IMG/VR virus record: IMGVR_UViG_2713896899_000001 | Span: 1 to 4,531 of that record | Reading direction: 5' to 3' (one strand) | DNA: 4,531 bases | Origin: a virus | Lineage: Duplodnaviria > Heunggongvirae > Uroviricota > Caudoviricetes | Part shown: piece after piece, positions 1 through 4,531 of the stretch | Position numbering within the stretch: the stretch's first letter is position 1 | How the letters are laid out: every line of letters begins with the position of its first letter | The notes under the pieces: generated by a model | Seen by the model: only the letters and a program-made list of their open reading frames with translations | Database searches by the model: none | Told to the model about the DNA's origin: nothing | Translations under genes and position numbers: made by a program

Positions 1-162
1 GATGGAAACGACTCATCGACGTACTTAATCAGCCAGGAGTTCCCAAAAATGGATAAAACACTTATGGCTATTCAGACTAAATTCACTATCGCCACTTTTA
101 TTGGCGATGAAAAGATGTTTCGTGAGGCCGTCGAAGCCTACAGGAAATGGAGGTCAAAATGA
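1..162 (+). CDS. Partial CDS: 3' end of a gene entering from upstream of the window, or alternatively a 37-aa micro-ORF starting at ATG 49; hypothetical phage protein
   Basis: Frame 1 is open from base 1 to TGA 160-162 (53 codons, ...DEKMFREAVEAYRKWRSK*). The stop overlaps the next gene's ATG (159-161) in an ATGA junction. Internal ATG at 49 is preceded by AGGAG (35-39). Absent from the ORF track because the long reading has no in-window start. I do not recognise the sequence. Confidence 0.4.
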   Translation, partial: DGNDSSTYLISQEFPKMDKTLMAIQTKFTIATFIGDEKMFREAVEAYRKWRSK

Positions 163-347
163 TTCCGGTAGAACTGGCGAAAACTCCAGAGTTAAGTCGA
201 TTAAAAAGAGAATATCACATTGCTGAGGCTCGTTACTGGCGTAAAGCGGGAGATAAATCAAAGAAACAACTTTGTTTATGGCAGGCACAAAGAGAGCGCA
301 TGAATGAGCGCGAATTTCTTTCCGCCCCATCCGAATTACCATTCTGA
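159..347 (+). CDS. Hypothetical small basic protein (62 aa) with C-terminal ...SAPSELPF; first gene of the recombination cluster
   Basis: ORF track gives 147..347, but ATG 159 has GGAGG (149-153) 5 nt upstream and forms an ATGA overlap with the upstream frame's stop, so 159 is the likelier start. Stop TGA 345-347 is embedded in the SD (GAGGTGA) of the next gene. Lys/Arg-rich. No family recognised. Confidence 0.6.
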   Translation: MIPVELAKTPELSRLKREYHIAEARYWRKAGDKSKKQLCLWQAQRERMNEREFLSAPSELPF

Positions 348-355
348 GGTGAATT

Positions 356-1036
356 ATGGGAACTGCGACATTAATACTCGGTGAGTCTGGCACCGGAAAA
401 TCAACCAGCATGAGAAATATCAATCCAGAGGAAGCAATACTTATAAAACCAATAGGCAAGCCGCTACCATTTAAATCAAAAGACTGGCTTGCATGGGATG
501 CCAGAGCAAAAAAAGGAACCGTAGTTACTACTGACAAATGGGACATAATAGTTGCTGTAATTAAGCGTGCTCACGAATACGGAAAAAGAATCGTTATTGT
601 TGATGACTTCCAGTATGTGATGAGCAATGAGTTTATGCGCCGCTCAGAAGAAAAGTCGTTTGATAAATTTACTGAGATAGGCCGCCACGCATGGGAGGTG
701 ATTAAGGCTGCACAGGATGCGCCTGATGACCTGAGAGTCTATTTTCTTGCGCACACCGAAGAAACACCTATGGGGCGCGTGAAAATGAAAACTATCGGCA
801 AAATGCTGGACGAGAAAATCACTGTTGAAGGCATGTTTACTATAGTTCTTCGCACCCTTACCCGTGATGACCAGTTCTTTTTCACCACGAAAAACAACGG
901 TGCAGACACTGTTAAATCCCCAATGGGAATGTTTGATTCCAATGAGATTGATAACGATCTCTCTTTCGTCGATGCCACTGTTTGTGATTACTACGGCATC
1001 AATAATGTTCATCAAATTAAGGAAAACGCCGCATGA
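356..1036 (+). CDS. Sak4-like phage recombination ATPase (RecA-fold P-loop NTPase, AAA_24-type), 226 aa
   Basis: N-terminal Walker A directly after the start (LILGESGTGKSTS), Walker B-like hhhhDD (RIVIVDDFQ). Size and N-terminal P-loop are typical of core-only RecA-like phage Sak4 proteins. Followed by an overlapping SSB-like gene, the arrangement known for Sak4. SD GAGG 346-349. Family call is from motif recall, not a search. Confidence 0.65.
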   Translation: MGTATLILGESGTGKSTSMRNINPEEAILIKPIGKPLPFKSKDWLAWDARAKKGTVVTTDKWDIIVAVIKRAHEYGKRIVIVDDFQYVMSNEFMRRSEEKSFDKFTEIGRHAWEVIKAAQDAPDDLRVYFLAHTEETPMGRVKMKTIGKMLDEKITVEGMFTIVLRTLTRDDQFFFTTKNNGADTVKSPMGMFDSNEIDNDLSFVDATVCDYYGINNVHQIKENAA

Positions 1037-1620
1037 GCAACGTGATTTTTACTTATAACGAAGAAGCAGCACTGACCGCAGGGCAAGGTGGTTTTATTAA
1101 CGAAACTGGCGCTCATATCATTACCATTACTGAAGCAGAACTAAAGCAATCAGAAAAAGGCGCAAAATTTATTGAATTTTCTGGCGAATCCGACGACGGA
1201 CGTAAAATCCAATATCTTAGCGTTTGTGTTCAGAAAAATGACGGCACGGAAAACAAATTTGGCGCAAATGTCGTTCACGCCATGATGGGGTGTGCCGGGA
1301 TTGGACAATTAACGCAACATATGGTTTCCGCCAGTAAATTTGTTGCACCTGAATTTCATGGAAAGAAAATCGGGTTAGTGCTCCAGAAAGTATTAACCAC
1401 AAACAAAAAGACTGGCGCAGACAGCTACCAGATGGAAATACGCATCCCGTTTATTGCACAAACAGGTCAAACCCTTAAAGAAAAGGCAGAAGGCAAGCAA
1501 CCAGAAACTATCGCCAACATGGTCGCCAGTCTCAAAGATAAAGACAATCGCTCTAAAAACGTAAGCCAGAATCATGCAGATGATTATGGTTACAGCCAGA
1601 ACGATTACCCTCCTTTCTGA
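1033..1620 (+). CDS. Non-canonical phage SSB-like protein (195 aa), probable cognate partner of the Sak4-like ATPase; acidic/aromatic C-terminal tail ending in Pro-Phe
   Basis: ATGA overlap with the Sak4 stop (ATG 1033-1035 / TGA 1034-1036), SD AAGGAA 1019-1024. C-terminus ...HADDYGYSQNDYPPF resembles the bacterial SSB tip (DDDIPF) and the T7 gp2.5 acidic tail ending in Phe. The N-terminus does not match canonical E. coli SSB, so the OB-fold is inferred only from context and tail. Confidence 0.5.
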   Translation: MSNVIFTYNEEAALTAGQGGFINETGAHIITITEAELKQSEKGAKFIEFSGESDDGRKIQYLSVCVQKNDGTENKFGANVVHAMMGCAGIGQLTQHMVSASKFVAPEFHGKKIGLVLQKVLTTNKKTGADSYQMEIRIPFIAQTGQTLKEKAEGKQPETIANMVASLKDKDNRSKNVSQNHADDYGYSQNDYPPF

Positions 1621-1643
1621 TTACTGAAAATAAGGCTCCCATT

Positions 1644-1940
1644 ATGCCAGCGCCTCTGTATGGTGCGGATGACCCGCGCAACTGCTCCGGTAGCTCCAAG
1701 GCGGAGGTGCTGGAAAATATCAAAAACAATTTCGACGCGTTTCTTGCTCTGACACCAGAAACAAAAGCAGAACGGATGTACCGACGCGATATACAACTCG
1801 CGCTAAAACAGGAGAAGGACCGAATAAACGAAACATCAATCCGACCATTCCGCAAATCCACATATACCCACTTCCCTGAATATATCGACCCGCGCCTGCG
1901 TAATTACCGCTCACGCTATGGCGCTATCAGTAATGACTGA
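1644..1940 (+). CDS. Hypothetical phage protein (98 aa)
   Basis: ORF track ORF, same strand as operon, SD AAGG 1632-1635 about 8 nt upstream of ATG. Stop TGA 1938-1940 lies inside the SD (GAGGAA) of the next gene. No recognisable domain by eye. Confidence 0.6.
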   Translation: MPAPLYGADDPRNCSGSSKAEVLENIKNNFDAFLALTPETKAERMYRRDIQLALKQEKDRINETSIRPFRKSTYTHFPEYIDPRLRNYRSRYGAISND

Positions 1941-1950
1941 GGAATTAACA

Positions 1951-2241
1951 ATGAAAACAATGAAGCTAAACATCGACCTCGGAAAATACGTTATTACCGG
2001 AACCAAACACGACCTGATTCTTAGCGAAAGAGGAATTATCAAAGAAGGCGAGAATGCAGGGAAAGAAACACTAAGTCGTATCGGTTATTACAGCAAGTTT
2101 GAGCATCTGGTCAAAGAGTTATGCAACCGTGAAATCCTGTTATCTCAGACGCAGACGCTACAGGATATTCAGCAGCATATCGAAACTTTAGGTATGTCAC
2201 TTAGCATGGCTATTGACCAGTTCATGGAGAGTAAATCATGA
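1951..2241 (+). CDS. Hypothetical phage protein (96 aa; 107 aa if started at ATG 1918)
   Basis: ORF track start is 1918. ATG 1951 is preferred because GAGGAA (1939-1944) sits 6 nt upstream, whereas 1918 has no SD and would overlap the preceding gene by 23 nt. Stop TGA 2239-2241 overlaps the next start. No family recognised. Confidence 0.6.
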   Translation: MKTMKLNIDLGKYVITGTKHDLILSERGIIKEGENAGKETLSRIGYYSKFEHLVKELCNREILLSQTQTLQDIQQHIETLGMSLSMAIDQFMESKS

Positions 2242-2402
2242 GAGGACTTGCATACAATCCCGGCATTCTTCCGGCAGAAATGATTATTCGCCAACGCGTA
2301 AAGCCAATGCCATCGAGAGAGGAATTACTTAAGAGAAATTCTTTTCCATCAGTGAATCAAAACAAATATCTGAATGCGATGTTGCGGAGTGGGAAGAAAT
2401 GA
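2238..2402 (+). CDS. Small basic hypothetical protein (54 aa), not in the supplied ORF track
   Basis: Manual translation: [57 protein letters not shown] 2238-2240 overlaps the upstream stop (TGA 2239-2241) and its stop TGA 2400-2402 overlaps the downstream start ATG 2399-2401. SD GGAGAG 2226-2231. Fills an otherwise ~160-bp gap in a tightly packed operon. Confidence 0.5.
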   Translation: MRGLAYNPGILPAEMIIRQRVKPMPSREELLKRNSFPSVNQNKYLNAMLRSGKK

Positions 2403-2896
2403 GACAAATGACACTAATTGAGATGGATGGTTTTCTGAAAGGTAAATGCATCCCAAGTGATTTAAAGGTTAACGAAACAAACGCTGAATATCTTGTCCGT
2501 AAGTTCAGTGAACTTGAATCAAAACTCAACGAGCAGCGTGAGTATTACGAGGGCGTTATCTCGGATGGGAGTAAGCGTATTGCTGAACTGGAGAAAAGCG
2601 AAGAGCAACTCATCAACGAGCGTGACCATGCTGAGTATGCTTTAGCTGATATGTATTTTGCAGCAACCGGGAACAGGCCGGAATGGAGTAACTGTTTCAG
2701 TTTTTCAGATGCAGTAGATGCCGTAGTTGACAGAATTGCTGATTTAGAAGCTAAACAGCCATCGCCAGTAGTACCGGAAGAAAAACCAATGCCTAACCCT
2801 CTTAGCAGGTACGCGGTCGATGCTGTTGCCGCTATTGCAGAGGTGAGAGGCTGGAACGCCTGCCGCGCTGCAATGCTTCAGGGAAAAGGAGAGTGA
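2399..2896 (+). CDS. Probable Ead/Ea22-like family protein (165 aa) with central coiled-coil
   Basis: ATGA overlap with the preceding small ORF. Heptad-like, charged central segment ([17 protein letters not shown]...[15 protein letters not shown]). C-terminus ...[21 protein letters not shown] matches my recollection of the conserved C-terminal motif of lambdoid Ead/Ea22-like proteins. Unverified without HMM search. Confidence 0.5.
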   Translation: MRQMTLIEMDGFLKGKCIPSDLKVNETNAEYLVRKFSELESKLNEQREYYEGVISDGSKRIAELEKSEEQLINERDHAEYALADMYFAATGNRPEWSNCFSFSDAVDAVVDRIADLEAKQPSPVVPEEKPMPNPLSRYAVDAVAAIAEVRGWNACRAAMLQGKGE

Positions 2897-2897
2897 T

Positions 2898-3452
2898 ATG
2901 ACCACTATAACCGATAAGAAACAGTATCCAGGCGAGCAATATCTTAATGAGCTGATCACCAACATAGAGTTTGCTGCAAGGGCACCAGTTGAAGTCGTGA
3001 GAGCGATGGCAGCAGAGCTACAGAAGCGGCGCGAAGCTGATAGTGCAGAACCTGTAAGCCAAACTTACAAGTTGCCAGTTAATACACCTTGCCAAGATGC
3101 GCCAGCCCATATCTGGCTGCAAACGGCTGGAGTATGGCCAGAAGATGGCGAGTTAAGCGAATTAACGTGGTGCAGCCACAATCAGCACCATGATGACACG
3201 CTATATGTTCGAGCTGACCTTGTGAATGGCAACTATCCGGTAACTCCGGATGGTTGGATAAGCTGTGGTGAGCGAATGCCGGAAGAAACGGGTGACATTA
3301 TTGTTGTTTCGGATGGCATTGTAATGTCAGGGATTTCTTATTCTCGTCGTGACGGGTTCTATATAGCCGCATTGGAGTACGACGACGATGAGCCAATTGG
3401 CGGTGTAACCCACTGGATGCCGCTACCGGAACCACCGCAGGAGGTGAAGTAA
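2898..3452 (+). CDS. Probable DUF551-domain phage protein (184 aa)
   Basis: SD AAAGGAGAG 2885-2893, ATG 2 nt after the upstream stop. C-terminal region GWISCGERMPEETGDIIVV...GGVTHWMPLPEPP fits the W...LPE...HWMPLP pattern I associate with DUF551 in enterobacterial prophages. Locally GC-rich (one 60-nt line counted at about 58% GC versus about 40-43% in the Sak4 and 1951-2241 regions). Confidence 0.5.
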   Translation: MTTITDKKQYPGEQYLNELITNIEFAARAPVEVVRAMAAELQKRREADSAEPVSQTYKLPVNTPCQDAPAHIWLQTAGVWPEDGELSELTWCSHNQHHDDTLYVRADLVNGNYPVTPDGWISCGERMPEETGDIIVVSDGIVMSGISYSRRDGFYIAALEYDDDEPIGGVTHWMPLPEPPQEVK

Positions 3453-3736
3453 TGGACTCCTTCGCGAAATATACGATTATTGACTGGATAGCCTTCCTTC
3501 AGGTTTTGCTCATCTGGTTTTATATGGCTTACAGGAGTGGACAGTGGATTGTCAGTGTAGCCTGTAGCAAGGGATGGCGTTGGTGGAACCGAAAGAATAA
3601 AAAAGCACTGGCATTGGATTCGTTTTACGAAGCATTCAATCTTAACAGCCTTCAGCCTGGTTCTGTCATTGTAGTCACCACTCAAAGCGGCATGACGATA
3701 CAAATTCACAAGCCAAAGGAGGAAGGTCGTGGCTAA
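3452..3736 (+). CDS. Small predicted single-pass membrane protein (94 aa), unknown function
   Basis: TAATG overlap with the upstream stop (TAA 3450-3452 / ATG 3452-3454), SD AGGAGG 3438-3443. About 19-residue hydrophobic stretch IIDWIAFLQVLLIWFYMAY followed by a basic cluster KGWRWWNRKNKK (positive-inside rule implies a cytoplasmic C-terminal domain). Confidence 0.55.
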   Translation: MDSFAKYTIIDWIAFLQVLLIWFYMAYRSGQWIVSVACSKGWRWWNRKNKKALALDSFYEAFNLNSLQPGSVIVVTTQSGMTIQIHKPKEEGRG

Positions 3737-4013
3737 CCTGCAACTTGCCGTCAAAGGTGAATACTTCGACGCCATGATTCGCGGAGAGAAAACGGAAGAG
3801 TATCGCCTGTGTAATGACTACTGGAATAAGCGAATCATGTTCCGGGAATATGACCGCCTGATTATCACAAAGGGATATCCGAAGCGCGACGATTCCAGCC
3901 GCAGAATTGATATTCCGTATGACGGATATGAAATCAAGACAATCACACATCCGCACTTCGGTGATAAACCGGTAAAGGTATACGCGATAAAGGTAAATAT
4001 CGGCAATGAATAA
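3729..4013 (+). CDS. Small ASCH/PUA-like fold protein (DUF3850-type), 94 aa, GTG start
   Basis: GTG 3729 preceded by a strong SD AAAGGAGGAAGG (3715-3726); overlaps the preceding gene by 8 nt. N-terminal LQLAVKGEYFDAMIRGEKTEEYR matches the ASCH-type beta1-loop-helix signature (compare E. coli YqfB [22 protein letters not shown]), followed by DRLIITKGY. Fold call is motif-based and tentative. Confidence 0.5.
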   Translation: MANLQLAVKGEYFDAMIRGEKTEEYRLCNDYWNKRIMFREYDRLIITKGYPKRDDSSRRIDIPYDGYEIKTITHPHFGDKPVKVYAIKVNIGNE

Positions 4014-4017
4014 CAAT

Positions 4018-4042
4018 CCTCGCACTCGCGGGGATTTCTTTT
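4018..4042 (+). terminator. Putative Rho-independent terminator (hairpin 1)
   Basis: Stem CCTCGC (4018-4023) / GCGGGG (4028-4033), 6 bp with one G-U pair, loop ACTC, followed by ATTTCTTTT (4034-4042). Lies 5 nt after the stop of the 3729-4013 gene. Confidence 0.45.
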
Positions 4043-4049
4043 ATCTGAA

Positions 4050-4072
4050 CTCGCTACGGCGGGTTTTGTTTT
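4050..4072 (+). terminator. Putative Rho-independent terminator (hairpin 2, tandem)
   Basis: Stem CTCGC (4050-4054) / GCGGG (4059-4063), 5 bp with one G-U pair, UACG tetraloop (UNCG-type), followed by TTTTGTTTT (4064-4072). Sequence-related to hairpin 1. Confidence 0.45.
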
Positions 4073-4085
4073 ATGGAGACAAGAA

Positions 4086-4430
4086 ATGTCAGATTTGGCT
4101 ATGAAGGTTTTGAAATGGCAATCGACTGGCGATGTTGGCATCAGTAGCGCAACTCTTGCCTCAATCGCATGTGGCCTGAAAAAGAATATCTATGGTCATA
4201 GCTTCGGTGCTCCACATGACGCAGCCGATTTCAGACGATGCGTTGCACTTGTTGAGCAGATTCCAGAAATCAGAGCTTCATTCGACAAAGTTGCAAAGCG
4301 CGTTCCGGCATTCAAAGGCATCCTCAACGAATGGGATTCCCTCGTTGCTCTGTTGAAGTCTGAAATGAAGATACACGGAAACAAAGCACCAGAGACTTAC
4401 AGAAGAATTAGCGAGTTACGCAAGGACTAA
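4086..4430 (+). CDS. Hypothetical protein (114 aa), isolated gene downstream of the terminators
   Basis: ORF track ORF, SD GGAGA 4075-4079 about 6 nt upstream of ATG 4086, stop TAA 4428-4430. Sequence [31 protein letters not shown]... has no motif I recognise and no obvious hydrophobic TM segment. Confidence 0.55.
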   Translation: MSDLAMKVLKWQSTGDVGISSATLASIACGLKKNIYGHSFGAPHDAADFRRCVALVEQIPEIRASFDKVAKRVPAFKGILNEWDSLVALLKSEMKIHGNKAPETYRRISELRKD

Positions 4431-4435
4431 CCACA

Positions 4436-4454
4436 GCCTCACACTCGATGAGGC
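4436..4454 (+). other. Stem-loop (6-bp stem GCCTCA/TGAGGC, 7-nt loop) immediately after the last gene; not a canonical terminator
   Basis: GCCTCA (4436-4441) and TGAGGC (4449-4454) are exact reverse complements. No U-tract follows (CTGCCAGCTTC), so it is more likely an RNA stability or processing element or a protein-binding site than an intrinsic terminator. Confidence 0.3.
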
Positions 4455-4501
4455 CTGCCAGCTTCTCAATAGACTGGCCCCCTGAATCTCCAGACAACCA
4501 A

Positions 4502-4521
4502 TATCACTTAAATAAGTGATA
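4502..4521. promoter_or_regulatory. Perfect 20-bp palindrome TATCACTT-AAAT-AAGTGATA, operator-like
   Basis: Arms 4502-4509 and 4514-4521 are exact reverse complements (8 bp each) around a 4-bp AT spacer. Half-sites TATCAC/GTGATA are identical to the outer hexamers of the lambda CI/Cro operator consensus (TATCACCGCCGGTGATA) but with 8 instead of 5 intervening bp. Sits in non-coding DNA at the window edge. Confidence 0.4.
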
Positions 4522-4531
4522 GTCTTAATAC

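Noticed and set aside
147-347. ORF-track start at ATG 147 for the 62-aa gene
   Set aside because: ATG 147 has essentially no spacing to the only upstream purine-rich element, whereas ATG 159 has GGAGG 5 nt upstream and an ATGA overlap with the upstream stop. 147 cannot be excluded.
154-546. Minus-strand ORF, 130 aa
   Set aside because: Lies entirely antisense to the SD-supported 62-aa gene and the Sak4-like gene. No independent start context, and the + strand genes are tightly coupled.
644-1058. Minus-strand ORFs 644..1015 and 739..978, and + strand out-of-frame ORF 864..1058
   Set aside because: All are embedded in the Sak4-like CDS, which carries clear Walker A and B motifs. They are alternative-frame artefacts.
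1033-1620. Calling this a canonical bacterial-type SSB
   Set aside because: The N-terminal region does not resemble the conserved start of E. coli SSB. Only the C-terminal tail and gene context support an SSB-like role, so it is reported as non-canonical or tentative.
1217-1914. Minus-strand ORFs 1217..1402, 1393..1575, 1553..1861, 1605..1796, 1720..1914
   Set aside because: Antisense to the SSB-like and 98-aa genes. Low-complexity Cys/Phe-rich translations typical of spurious antisense frames.
1918-2241. ORF-track start at ATG 1918 for the 96/107-aa gene
   Set aside because: No SD upstream of 1918 and it would overlap the previous gene by 23 nt. ATG 1951 has GAGGAA at optimal spacing.
2329-2965. 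Minus-strand ORFs 2329..2529 and 2744..2965
   Set aside because: Overlap the coupled 54-aa, Ead/Ea22-like and DUF551 genes on the opposite strand. No SD support.
3359-4384. Minus-strand ORFs 3359..3775, 3675..4025, 3818..4141, 4196..4384
   Set aside because: Antisense to SD-supported + strand genes. 3818..4141 would also run through both terminator hairpins.
4502-4521. IHF site or P22 c2-type operator interpretation of the palindrome
   Set aside because: The match to IHF consensus WATCAANNNNTTR is imperfect (TATCAC, wrong 3' element), and P22 operator half-sites (ATTTAAGA) are arranged differently. Kept only as a generic operator-like palindrome.
4459-4531. Short ORF starting at ATG 4459 running through the palindrome
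   Set aside because: Only about 24 codons, no SD, and it reads through structured intergenic sequence. More likely non-coding.
1-4531. CRISPR arrays, tRNA/rRNA genes, IS elements or terminal inverted repeats, and Chi (GCTGGTGG) sites
   Set aside because: By-eye scan found no regularly spaced direct repeats, no tRNA-like structured non-coding stretch (intergenic space is under 110 bp total), no transposase-like ORF, and no exact Chi octamer on either strand.

Overview
The window reads as one densely packed, unidirectional (+ strand) block of 11-12 short genes, typical of the early (pL-type) operon of a lambdoid/P22-like enterobacterial phage or prophage. Most junctions are translationally coupled (ATGA or TAATG overlaps, each with a Shine-Dalgarno). 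It begins with a recombination module: a Sak4-like P-loop ATPase (GESGTGKST Walker A, VIVDD Walker B) and an overlapping non-canonical SSB-like protein ending in ...NDYPPF. Downstream are small accessory genes: two unknowns, a 54-aa ORF missing from the ORF track, a likely Ead/Ea22-like coiled-coil protein, a likely DUF551 protein, a small predicted membrane protein and an overlapping ASCH/PUA-like protein. Two tandem intrinsic-terminator-like hairpins follow, then an isolated 114-aa gene of unknown function, a stem-loop, and a perfect 20-bp palindrome (TATCACTT-AAAT-AAGTGATA) at the window edge. I see no rRNA, tRNA, CRISPR array, IS element or integrase. All family assignments are from motif recall by eye, not from searches, and need HMM or structure confirmation. 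The most promising candidates for something undescribed are the membrane-protein/PUA-like pair, the Pro-Phe-tailed small protein next to the recombination genes, and the isolated 114-aa gene.
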